From assembly GCA_030704615.1 (NCBI GenBank), contig CM060732.1, forward strand, positions 23,064,001 to 23,128,000: DNA of 64,000 nt. Reading direction: 5' to 3'. This DNA is from Takakia lepidozioides. Taxonomy: Eukaryota > Plantae > Bryophyta. The translations under genes were made by a program, and so were the position numbers. The notes under the pieces were generated by a model. That model was not told the origin of the DNA. It worked only from the letters and a program-made list of their open reading frames with translations, and did not search any database. Within the stretch, counting starts at the first letter, position 1, and each line of letters opens with the position of its first letter. Positions 1 through 11,169 of the stretch are shown piece after piece.

Positions 1-860
1 GTAATTGACCAAGAGAACGGGCCATGTGCTCCGACTTGTGGATTGAGCTCCGTAGGGATTTACACCGTCTAAGGCCAATCGAAGTCGCAGAGATCGTGGC
101 TCTGCAGCAAAATCCGCAAATGTGGTGTCAATGTGTCTCCATGCTTTGCTATCAGCTGGATGTCGAACCAACCCATCCTGGCTCTTATGTCTGTCGTGCC
201 ATGTCATGAGGTTAGCGATCAATTTACATCGGTACATACGTTTCAACCTTGGAATGACAGGGAAGTGTCGCAATACTTTCTTGGGCACACTTCCACGACC
301 TGGAATGTAACGGGAACTGCGGCACACTGGGCAAATGTCTACATTCTCATACTCCCCACGGAAGAGTACACAACCACGCTCACAGGCATGAATCATCGTG
401 TACTGCAATCCCATCTTGGCAATCATGGTTTTTGCTTCATAGTGAGTTTTCGACAATGAATTCTCTCTAGGAAAAAAACTCTTACGCAAGTATCCCAGAA
501 GCTCATCCACAAATGCATTGGTGCACTTGTGGGTAGTGCATGCGTTCAGCAACGTCAAAGTTGCTTGTAGCCGGCTGATGGAGCACCCTTCAAAAAGTGG
601 ACATTGCGACGCTCGGAAGAGTTTATCATACTCGGGATCAACGTGCAGGTGAGCATTCTCATCAAATTGTCTCCGGAATCGTCGAGATCATCGTCATGAT
701 CGGCAAATGTGTGATCGGTTCCACCATGAATGGGGTCCTCTCTGTTTGCATCTGCAAAGAGAAACGCTTCTTGCAATGCACGCTGCATTTCTACCTCCAA
801 TCCACCACTCTCATACGTTCCATCCCTGCGTTTTGAAGATCTGGCTTGAATGGGCACACT
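1..860 (-). mobile_element. CACTA (En/Spm) TnpD/Tnp2 transposase fragment, running off the left edge
   Basis: Manual minus-strand translation gives Transposase_21-type motifs in the expected order: TLLNACTTHKCTNAFVDELL, IHACERGC, DICPVCRSSRY, VPKKVLRHFPVIPRLKR, RHPADSKAWRHID, RLRLALDGVNPYG, STWPVLLVNY. Confidence 0.88.
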
Positions 861-1059
861 CCGGCAGTGGAAGGCTCACGGAGTAATGAGTTTGGGCTGA
901 TATGCATGCTGACATGCCATGCCGTTGCAAAGAACAACGTTCTGAGTGGCGATTGTGATCTCAAAATCTACCCCTGCATTCAAGCTTATTTCTCTCTCGA
1001 GCAGAGCCGCCTTGTGGATGTTCCAGCCAGTGTCCAAAAACAGCTCAAGTGCAAGACAA

Positions 1060-1960
1060 CAACATCAGCAAGGCATGGTTAGCTAAGCAAGGTAATGGTG
1101 GAGAGGCATTTGAACTCTCTGAACGTAATGTGGTCGGACTTCACCCCCTCCCACATCAATTGCTCATAGGTCTCCAAAACCTGCAATCCCCGCCCCTGTT
1201 GTGCATGTCCTGCGATCATCACTTTCCACGACACCACATTTCGCTCAGCCATATTGTTGAACACTCCCTATCTAGAAGGGTATTCATGTTCAGAATGACA
1301 TCTACCACAATTCTAGCTTTGACGATGCCATGGACCTCTTTGCCCTTCTCCAACAGGCTCGCACATGCACTACAAACACAAACAAACGTAATGTGCTCGG
1401 GCTTCACCCCCTAGACCCACATCATTTGCTCATAGGTCTCCAAAACCCGCAATCCTCGCCCATGTTGTGCATGTCCTGCGATCATCACGTTCCACCACAC
1501 CACATTTCGCTCAGCCATATTATTAAACACTCCTTGTCCACAAGGGAATGCTCCCACGTTTGGCATACATGTCGACGAGGTATTGTTACATCTGGTACAA
1601 TTCCAGCTTTGACAATGTCACGATGGACCTCTTTGCCCTTTACCAAGTCTCCAGGGCTGCCAGGTTTGCACATGCATTGCAAACACAAATGAACGTGACC
1701 CGGTCAGGCTGCACCTCTTCTCAACATTTGCTCATATGTCTCCAATGCCCTCATCCCGCACACATGCTGGCCATATCTTGCGAGATTCGGCGTGTTCCTT
1801 GAGACAACATCTTGTTCAGCCATGTTATCAAACTCTCCCTTCGCAACTTCATAGGTTTCCAAAGCCTCCATCCCACGTCCCTGCTGTGCATACCCTGCAA
1901 GCATCGCACTCCACGACACTACATCTCGGCAAAACAGGCTGAAATAGCTCGAAGAAGAAG
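1060..1960 (-). pseudogene. Degenerate PLS-class PPR repeats
   Basis: Fragments such as FNNMAERNVVSWKVMIAGHAQQGRGLQVLETYEQLMWEGVKSDHITF, CSACASLLEKGKEVHGIVKA and RDVVSWSAMLAGYAQQGRGMEALE are spread across frames with deletions. Confidence 0.9.
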
Positions 1961-2639
1961 GTGCCCTCACCACATTGTCCTCTACCTTGTGTCATGACCC
2001 ATTGCGGATTAGACTGACCATGAACCCAAGAAGACCTCTTGTGCGTGCTGCTTGTATCTCTAGTCAGGTACTGTGGGATTGGTTCGTAAGAACCACCACG
2101 GTGCAGCTGAGCGGGCAGAGATTAAAATATGGGTTGCTAAGACCAAGCTGATTCCCCCAAGAACCTTGTGATCATCAGGAAGAATACCAAATCATGGTAC
2201 AAAGGGGAGCCAAGAGCCCACATTTGCACATAATGCGCCCGTGACGCCATAAACGCTTGCAACAACAGGACATGGGCCTCGATTTGGTCTTCGTCCTTCT
2301 CGCATCACTTGTTCGTCTCTCTCTCAAGCCTCCATCCCTCTCCCAACACTTAGACAAATTCAGGCAAAGGACAAAGTTACTCTTCCACCCTTAGATCATT
2401 TTACATCCGACGATTAGAACAATCTCTACGAGCCACACAAGCCCTAAAATACATTAAAATATTCCACGTCATGAGCCATGTGGAGCACTTATAAAAATTC
2501 CATTTTTGAATAGGGTGTGCAATGAATGCCTAGTTGTTAAGAGTCGTTCTCTAGTGCTTAAAACCACTTGTAATTGTTGTTTTTAAAAAAAATAAAAAAT
2601 TACGTAATTGAATTAAATCGCCGCGAATATTGTGCCGAC

Positions 2640-2785
2640 TGCGGAGTCATTGATGCAACTTCTATCCGCCATTAGAAATGTGAATTTATCCATTACGACT
2701 GTGCAGTAGTAACAAACATCTCAAAGTTGTTCCCTCAGTGGTTTTGGACATGCAGTCGATTCGGAAAAGACACGAATGCTTCTAG
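2640..2785 (+). mobile_element. Helitron-like 3' terminus, copy 1
   Basis: Ends GATTCGGAAAAGACACGAATGCTT-CTAG|T: a short ATTCG/CGAAT hairpin, then CTAG (2782-2785), then T. Homologous to ~8887-9047, and the similarity stops at about this point. Confidence 0.6.
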
Positions 2786-2786
2786 T

Positions 2787-5365
2787 GTTGACTGGGGTCA
2801 GAAAAGTATTCATTCCACAGCTTCTCCTCATCTCTGTTACTTGTTTTTTGATAGTTTTCTATTGTCACATTGGCAGTATCATGTCAAAGTCACTCCAAAC
2901 TACATTCACCCAGCCAGCTAACTTGCAGAATTCAACATGGAAAGTTAGGGCCGATTCTGATAAGAGGGAAAAACAGGGTGAAATGTGCTGGAGAAGATGC
3001 CTTCATTAGCAGTGTCTGATTTTATCAATTGTGCCGTTGCTGCCAGTTGACCATCTACCCATGCAGCCTATTGATCCACAGGGAATCATAGTTAACCTGG
3101 AGCTTGAAGTCCGGGCCTCTTGGGTGAATCTGCACCCACACTCTATCCCTGCTCCTTTAGCTATCCACTCTTCTGCACAAATCATGCATACATCTTTGCC
3201 TTGCTGCTAGCAGCTGACAATGACAGCCTATATTTGTTAGATATGAAGCATCCAACTCAGCTTATCACACTAGTTCCTATGCTCAATTGCATCTGCTACT
3301 CTCTATAATCCAACAGGCATTCACCTTCTTGCCTCGATTGTCCCACCATTGACTGGGGTCAGAATAAGTATTCATTCGACAACTTCTCCTCGTCTCTATT
3401 ACCTATTTCTGGATACTGAGCTGCTCTTCTACCTACCTAAGCATTAGTACAATGATCTTACCTCGAGAAGCTGAACTCATCTTTCTTCTAATCGTGAAGC
3501 TCTTTGCTGGCAGCAGCAGTCTTCAAGATAGTAGCTGACCATGCTCCCGCAAGGTTGTGTTTTCCAGCTTGCAAGCTGCCAGCAAATCCACAGTATCTGT
3601 GCGCACGTACTCAAAGGCATCAGTCTGGGAAAAACATCATTAACTTTCCCGAATACAAGATGCACACAGTCAGGGTGAATCCTTCTTACAAATCCAAAGA
3701 GGGTCCATAAAACACAGGTCCAACACACGTAGGCAAGCCACAGACAATACTGAGCTGTTTGCAAATGTCTGTCAGACAAAGCAAAAGGAACCAGCAAGAA
3801 AGTAAATGGAAGGGCACCTCACACAAGAAGCACCAGATTGCCTATGTTGCCCTTCACCCAACCATTCCCTGCTTGTCAGCCCCCTTTACATACTTGAGTT
3901 CTCCAGCAAAACTATGAAACAAGTTATGTCATGCACTCCGTCATTGTCGTCCTTTCCTTGCGATTGAAAATGGTCGAACTCATCTGTGAGTGTACAATTT
4001 GTGTCCTCACATCCTACAACAACATGGAGCACGTGGATGCCCTAGGGAAACCCTCCCATGGCAAGACCGCAAAGTTTAGGAGCTTAGTCACTTCACCAGT
4101 AACCTGTTGTATATCCATCCAACGAGTGGCATTTGTGCATATTACCCAATGAGTGGCTGCATAAATCTTTTAAATGAAAGGTGTCTAAATGTAGGGATCA
4201 TAACTACACACAAATGCAGGGAAGTGTGCTTGCCTCTTCTATATCATTGGGGTTGACTGCAACATCGTCTCTAAACTGCATGGCCCCTTCTTCAAATCTG
4301 CAGCACAAATTGGCTATATTCATTGAACCCGACGGTGTCTTCATGAAAAGCTAGGCTACTAACTGCACTAGTGATGTTTCCTGGTGTTAACTAACCAGGA
4401 ATGTATTTTGAAGCTACTCAACCCTTCATTAGTGCCGATGATAATCATATTATCAGTGAGGTAACACAGTTCTAGAATTCAGTAGTGTTTTTAGGTTTTC
4501 CAGGCGAAGACGCCAATACATAGCAGCATCAGAGTTAGGGTTGCCACACTCTTGTCCATCCTTTTTGGCCCTTTTGTGTCACATTGGCAGTATCATATCA
4601 AAGTCACTCCAAACTATCAAAGGTTCACTCAACCAGCTAACTAGCAGAATTCAGACATGAATAATTAGGGCCGATTCTGATAAGAGGGAAAAATAGGGTG
4701 AAATGTGTTGAAGAAGGTGCCTGATTTTATCAATTGTGCCGCTGCTGATGCGGATTCTAGTTGACAATCTGTTTCTTGTACTTGTCCTTCCACAGGGAAT
4801 GATAGGTAATATGGAGCTTGAAACCCGGCCCTCTTGGATGAATCTGGACCCACACTCTATCCCTACTCCTTCAGCTATCCATGCCTATGCACAAATCATG
4901 CATACATCTTTGCCTTGCTGCTAGCAGCTGACAATGACAGCCTAAATTTGTTCTAGGAAACACCCAACTCAACTTATCACACTAGTTCCTATGCTCAATT
5001 GCATCTGTTACTCTCTATAATCCACAAGCATTCACCTTCTTGCCTCGATTGTCCCACCATTGACTGGGGTCAGAAAAGTATTCATTCTATAGCTTCTCCT
5101 CGTCTATGTTACCTGTTTCTGGATACTTTCCTATTGTCACATTTGCAGTGTCATGTCAGTCACTCCAAACTATCAAAGGTTCACTCAACCAGCTAACTTG
5201 TAGAATTCAACATGAAAATTTAGGGCTGATTATGATAAGAGGGAAAAACAGGGTGAAATGTGTTGAAGAAGGTGCAATTGTGCCGCTGCTCCTTCAGCTT
5301 CCAGTTGACCATCTGTTTCTTGTACGTGTCCTTCCACCGGGAATCATAGGTAATCTGGATCAACT
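2787..5365 (-). pseudogene. Array of intron-split OSB-type PDF (ssDNA-binding) motif modules, about 3-4 partial copies
   Basis: Exon A (...FSDPSQWWDNRGKK, e.g. ~3325-3400 and ~5035-5110) has donor AAG|GTGAAT. After a ~190-nt intron, exon B reads IHPRGPDFKLQVNYDSLW (starts 3129; another copy ~4740-4843). The joined peptide matches the OSB PDF consensus WWDNR..K.NP..PDFK....LW. Confidence 0.7.
3818..4297 (-). pseudogene. Two orphan exons of a plant TPR-protein gene (At3g05625-like, from recall)
   Basis: Exon 4234-4297 reads FEEGAMQFRDDVAVNPNDIEE and exon 3818-3841 reads AIWCFLCE. Joined, they match the recalled conserved peptide RFEEGAEQFR.DVA.NPNDTEESIWCFLCEA. Confidence 0.65.
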
Positions 5366-5379
5366 ATGAAGTAAAAAAA

Positions 5380-5920
5380 AACCATGCTTTGCTGCATTAT
5401 TAGGCCTGCCTTGGAGTACACTTATGCAGTGGGGGTTGATAACTCCAACCAGGTTAAGTCTTGGGTGCTTAAGGAGTGCATGTCAGCATGCTCCAAAATG
5501 CCTAATGTGGCTATTTGGGGTGAGTTTGGCATCCCTCCCTTAAGCTCCCAACGAGATTAAGTCAAGGTCAGATGGTGGGGTCAGCTCCAACGTATGACTA
5601 ATATCAGATACCCTAAGTTAATAGACTCTATATCTCACCCTGTCAAACAGGCTAAGTCCTGGCGGAAGAGGGTAGAAGAGATTTTCAAGGATCTGAATCT
5701 AAGTCCGCAAGTCTTGACCCTGCTGGATAACTCTGACTTACAGGCTATAGTGTCCAAAGCCATGTCTGTTGCCAGGAAATGTTGTTGATGAAAATGGTAG
5801 AAAACTTCCCTGAACTTCTTTCTAGTCTGTGACATGGGGGAGGACATCATGGATGACCTCAAGGGTTTACCCACAATACACTAAAATTCAAACTCAGGTC
5901 AGGAAGCCTACCTTTGAACA
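5380..5920 (+). mobile_element. Decayed non-LTR (LINE) ORF2 C-terminal fragment
   Basis: IRPALEY ... PNVAIWGEFGIPPL ... WWGQLQRMTNIRYPKLI ... KSWRKRVEEIF resembles the post-RT region of LINEs. Confidence 0.55.
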
Positions 5921-8330
5921 TCAAACAGATGCACAGAGGAAAGGGGGATTGCAAATGACAATGTCACCATGGACCTCTTTGCCCTTTTCTAGAGCTGTCA
6001 GGCTTGCACATGCAACAAACGTTAGGTGGTCGGGCTTCAACCCTTCCCCCATCATTTGATCATAGAACACCAAGAGAACACCAAAGCCTTCATCCCACAT
6101 CCTTGCTGTGCATACCCTACAAGCATCGCGTTCCATGACACACATCTTGTTCAGCCATAGTGTTGAAAACTCCCTTCGCATCCTCGATGCACCCACATTT
6201 TGCATACATTTCGACCAACGTATTGTTCAGAATGACATTTGGTACAATTCCAGCTCTGAAGATGTCGCCATGGACCTCTTTCCCCTTTTCCAGAGCTGCC
6301 AGGGCAGTGTTCATAATGACATTTGGTACAATTCCAGCTTTGATGATACCCCATGCACCTCTTTGCCCTTGTCATGCACCCACAATTTCGGTCTGATGTC
6401 CACCAGCGTATGGTTCAGAATGACATTTGGTACAATTCCAGCTCTGAAGATGTCGCCATGGACCTCTTTCCCCTTTCCCAGAGCTGCCAGGGCAGTGTTC
6501 ATAATGACATTTGGTACAATTCCAGCTTTGGTGATATCCCATGCACCTCTTTGCCCTTGTCATGCACCCACAATTTGGGTCTGATGTCCACCAGGGTATG
6601 GTTCAGAATGACATTTCCAGGTACAATTCCAGCTCTGAAAATGTCGCCATGGACCTCTTTCCCCATTCCAGAGCTGCCAGGGCAGTGTTCAGAATGACAT
6701 TTGGTACAATTCCAGCTTTGATGATATCCCATGCACCTCTTTGCCCTTGTCATGCACCCACAATTTGGGTCTGATGCCCACCGGGGTATGGTTCAGAATG
6801 ACATTTCCAAGTACAATTCCAGCTCTGAAAATGTCGCCATGGACCTCTTTCCCCTTTCCAGAGCTGCCAGGGCAGTGTTCAGAATGACATTCAGTACAAT
6901 TCCAGCTTTGATGATATCCCCATGTACCTCTTTGCCCTTGTCCAGGGGTCGATGCACCCACATTTTGCATACATGTCCATCAACGTGGTTCAGAATGACA
7001 TTTGGTACAATTCCAGCTCTGAAGATGTCGCCATAGACCTCTTTCCCCGTTTTGAGAGCTGCCAGGGCAGTGTTCAGAATGACATTTGGTACAATTCCAG
7101 TTTTGATGATATCCCCATGCACCTCTTTGCCCTTGTCCAGGGCTGCCAGGCTTGCACAAGCATTGCAAATGCACAGAAACATGATGTGGCCGGGCTTCAC
7201 CCCTTCCCCCATCATTTGATCATAGGTCTCCAAAGCCTCCATGCCACGTCCCTGTTGTGCATACCCTGCAAGCATCGCACTCCACGACACCACATCTCGT
7301 TCAGCCATAGTGTCGAAAACTCCCTTTGCATCCTCGATGCATCCACATTTGGCATACATGTCCAGGTCAGGGCAGTGTTTAGAATGACATTTGGTGCAAT
7401 TCCAGCTTTGACCGATGTCACCATGGACCTCTTTCCCCTTTTCCAGGCTTGCACACGCATTGCAAACACAAACAAACGTGATGTGGTTGGGCTTCACCCC
7501 TTCGCCCATCATTTGCTCATAGGTCTCCAAAGCATTCGTACCACGCCCATGCTTGGTAATCCTGCCAACATTATATTCCACGTGATCGTTGAGGCATTAT
7601 GTATTGAACACTTGGTGATCATCCATCATGCTCCCGTCAAACATACATGTTGACAAGGGTGTTGAGTAGAAAATCGTTCGGCGTGAATCCACTTTGGATA
7701 ATGTGAGTGTGCACCTGCTTTCCAGCTTCCAGGCCTTTCATCTTGATGCACTTATGCAAGAGACACACATACATATCTACATCTGCTGAAATGCCTCCTT
7801 GGTTTAAAGTCTGTAGAGCCTCTTTCAGTCTGCCTGCCTCATAAAGCATCTTCACATGCCCATAAGTGCCAGAAGAGGCAAATGTGGACTCCCTCTCTTG
7901 ATCCTCTTCCAGAAGTTGTGGTCATGGTTGAGGTGCCCGATTTTATCAACTGTGCCGCTACAGCTGCCGCTTCCAGCTGACCATCTACCCATGGAGGTTT
8001 CTTGTAGCTATCCTTCCACAAGGAACCATAGGTAATCTGGAGCTTGAAATCCGACCCTCTTGGATGAATATGGACCCACACTCTATCCTACTCCTTCAGC
8101 AATCACTGCATCTGCACAAATCATGCATACATCCTTGCCTTGCTGCCAATGCGAACATCGCACTCCACAACACCGCATCTCGTTGAGCCACAGTCGAACA
8201 CTACCTTCGCATCTTCATTGCTCCCGCATTCGGCATACATGTCCACCAGGGCGGTGTTCAGAATGACAAACCCTACAATTCCAGCTTTCACGATGTCACC
8301 ATGGACCTTCCATGTCACTTCCAGGTGGAG
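5921..8330 (-). pseudogene. PLS-class PPR gene (RNA-editing-factor type), frameshifted, with a PDF-motif exon just 5' of its N-terminus
   Basis: ORFs 7637-7855 (EAGRLKEALQTL...YVCLLHKC...GKQVHTHIIQSGFTPNDFLLNTLVNMY), 6793-7581 (P-L-S repeats, MYAKCGCIEDAKGVFDTMAERDVVSWSAMLAGYAQQG) and 5921-6314. ORF 7839-8081 has HPRGSDFKLQITYGSLWKDSYKKPPWVDGQL. No E/DYW domain was seen. Confidence 0.88.
6226..7140. repeat. Tandem repeat of ~188 bp, about 5 copies, inside the PPR pseudogene
   Basis: The unit starting GTTCAGAATGACATTT recurs near 6226, 6413, 6601, 6791 and 6988. Each unit holds two L-motif halves (KGKEVHGDI..AGIVPNVILN). Confidence 0.9.
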
Positions 8331-8886
8331 GTAGTACATATTAAAATATGCAAGCCCCCAAGGCCAGATTTTGTTTGCATGTTCTTGTGAAAGACACGTC
8401 AGCAAATGTGCCCCCGAATCACGGGTTCAATCAATGCGCAGTGGTTCATGGAGTCGTTGAGTGGATTACATATCCACTTTAATGAATAAATATCTTTATT
8501 CCATTAATCGAATTAGGAATGAAAATTTCTAGTCGCATGTGTAGTAATTAGAACACGTATGCTATCCGTTATCGACATCTTAACCTCTTCACTAAGGTGA
8601 GGTGCGTGCGCGAAACGGGTGTTACTTGAAGTCGGGTCAATGTGGCCATGGCAGACCTTGTCACATCCATCAACATGGTTTTTGTTGTAGTATGTTATGA
8701 CAGCAAGAGAAGGATCCAGGTAACATCGTCCAATCCTAAACTAACAGAGGCAACCCCTCTTGATGGACTCTCCCTGAACGACTTTCTTCTGTCTCGGCCC
8801 TTTGTGGTTGTTGTAAGAAGGCAATTTCCGCTTTTTCAAATTTTATGTATTTACGCAATTAATTAAATAGCCCGGATTTTTGCTAC

Positions 8887-9047
8887 GACTCCGGAGTCGT
8901 TGACCCCATTTCTGTCCGCGGTCTGAAATGCCCCCGTGGGCCCACATTGTCCATTTCAACTCCCCAGTAGTCCTGTTTACTACCAAGTGGTTCCCGGAGT
9001 GGTTGGCCGACACCTAGTCGATTCGGAAAAGACACGAATGCTTCTAG
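8887..9047 (+). mobile_element. Helitron-like 3' terminus, copy 2
   Basis: AGTCGATTCGGAAAAGACACGAATGCTTCTAG|T with CTAG at 9044-9047, identical to the terminal ~30 nt of copy 1. Confidence 0.6.
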
Positions 9048-9554
9048 TGTATTGAAGCCAGCGCCTTGTGTTCAGTGACCCATGATGTTTTGTGCGATTC
9101 ACAATGGTGTGAGAGACATTTGTGGTGACCTCGGTGTATATAACATATCAGACACCGTATATGTGGTTTTGAAAGCCATTCTGTCTCATAACCATTATAC
9201 ATTCGCTTCCAACATGAAGCCACTAGTTCAAAGTTCTCCATTTGAAAAGGAGGATACCATTGCATTTGCAAGGCAGTGCACCATAAAATCGATGTTTCAG
9301 TATCATCGTCCCTTTCAGATAGCAAATGACACTGTCTTGGACTAAAGTGAAAGTTTGTGGGCTCTGGGTCATCTTCTGATTCTGGGCTCTCCGCCATTGT
9401 TGGGCAAATTTCAGATTTTGCTTTGGGGTTTATTTTCAGTTTTTGTTGCATGCTTATGCACCACTCGTACATGCAAGGGACGTGACCTTTCATAGTGCAA
9501 AACACGGACATGACCTTTCACAACTTGCCCCTTCACACGCGACTTTTCACCAGT

Positions 9555-10150
9555 AATCCCCCGATCCCCCGATTCGAAACCTGCCGTCCCTCATCCCCTC
9601 ACCCCGTGGTCCCCTCATCCCCTCATCCCCCGTCCAGCTCCCGACATTCCCTCCATGATCCCCTCATCTCCCGGCCTGTTCCTCTGGTTCCCTGATCCCC
9701 TGGTCTCCCCGCCCGCTCCCCTCGTTCCCTCATCTCCTGATCTCCCCACCCGTCCCCCTGGTTCCTTGATCCCCCTGATCTCCCCAACCATTCCCCTGGT
9801 TCCCTGATCCCCTGTTCTCCCCACCCGTCCCCTTGGTTCCCCGACCCCCTGATCTCTCCCGCCCGTTCCCCTGCTTCCCTGATCCCCGCTAACCCCTTAT
9901 ACAATCCCTTGTCTCCTTCATCCCCCAACCGCCCTGAACCTGAGCCCCCTGATCCCCCCCTGACCCCCTTGAACGCCTTCCAGGCTCCCTTATCTCCCTC
10001 ATCCCCCGTTCCCCTAGCTAAGTCATCCCCTGTGGCACCGACCCTCCCAGTTCCCTGATCCCCCTACCCCCTTGTTCAACGACCCCCTCATCCGCCACAT
10101 CCCTGGTTGTTTGATCCACTCAAGGATCCCCTCACCCCTTCATCCCCTTC
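9555..10150. repeat. C-rich degenerate short tandem repeats (CCCTGATCCCC / CCCTCATCCCC / CCTGGTTCC)
   Basis: Directly visible low-complexity array. Confidence 0.85.
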
Positions 10151-10249
10151 ACAGCACAGTGGACGCCAAGAAGGCACAAAGGGATTACAAAGAGGAGGAC
10201 AAGCTTCATTTTTTTTTTCGTGGGGAATGGAGATACAATAGCTACATCC

Positions 10250-10960
10250 TCAACATCCGAGGCATGCACATGTGACAGTCTACGCTGCAAATCTACATCA
10301 TCCCAATTATCCACTATCCATCCACAAAGAAAATCTTGCTTTGATACTGCGTACTCAAATGTAAACCAATCTGCTGTAAAAGTTGCCCCCCATTTTTTTG
10401 TGATTTTGGTCTCCAAGTATTTCTGTATGAAAGTCATTACAAAGTAGCCACACTCCCAGCCGCTTGGTTGTTGTGGCACCTCAGGTTCCAGCCACTCCCA
10501 TGCCATTATTTCATTCCAAAGTACTGAGTCCGGTTCGGCTTTGTGTAGGTATGCTCTAAAAGTGCGAAGACGCGTTTCAAAGGCAAATCGGCTATGGGAT
10601 CTGAATGATGTCATGGAATTCAGATGAACAAACTTGGACTTATCAAAAATCATCAAACTCCAATGGCCCCTGCAGAACGCACATGTGTTTGAGGCCAGAC
10701 ACCACTAATGCTTTCCATTCTCCAAATCAAATCAAAGTCGGTCAAAGCTGCAAAATAGGAGGATTGAGGGACGTACCCAGAGCATAAGGGGATGAACCAT
10801 GCCTGAACCTTATCTGGATCCTTCCCTAGGCACTTCTCAGTTACCCAAACATTTACAAGCCCTTTGGAAATCCTGTGAAGGTCGTCCTTGGTTGATGCCT
10901 CCAAAGCCGTCCATATCAGTGTGTCCATCACAGCCCACCAGCAACGATTACTCTCCTCTA
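10250..10960 (-). pseudogene. Ulp1-family (peptidase C48) SUMO protease domain, frameshifted
   Basis: FCRGHWSLMIFDKSKFVHLNSM carries the catalytic His, with Asn at the Asp position. VPQQPSGWECGYFVMTFI carries the oxyanion Gln and catalytic Cys. ORFs 10132-10656 and 10653-10931. Confidence 0.8.
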
Positions 10961-11169
10961 GGGATAGCTACAAAATATTGGCATACAAAAACACCCCTCC
11001 ATCCCCCGCTTCCCCATACAATTTTGACAACCGTAGATAATCCCATGAACCCAGAATGAACTCATGTGGAGTGCCTTTGAAGAAAATAAGGCAGCCCTTG
11101 TCCTCTGGGAGCTTTTCCCTCAGTCTATTCTGGTTTCTGCATTTAACACAAGTTCACGAAGTCACACAG

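Noticed and set aside
2040-2360. Faint resemblance to a KUP/HAK potassium transporter segment (SPLY...VLGGISLV) on the minus strand
   Set aside because: Too short and frame-broken to support.
6226-7140. CRISPR-like repeat/spacer appearance
   Set aside because: The intervening segments are themselves repeated and encode PPR motifs, the context is eukaryotic, and there are no cas genes.
9044-9511. 155-aa Cys/His-rich minus-strand ORF
   Set aside because: No recognisable motif spacing, so it cannot be assigned.
9615-9928. Gly/Arg-rich ORFs
   Set aside because: Translations of the C-rich tandem array.
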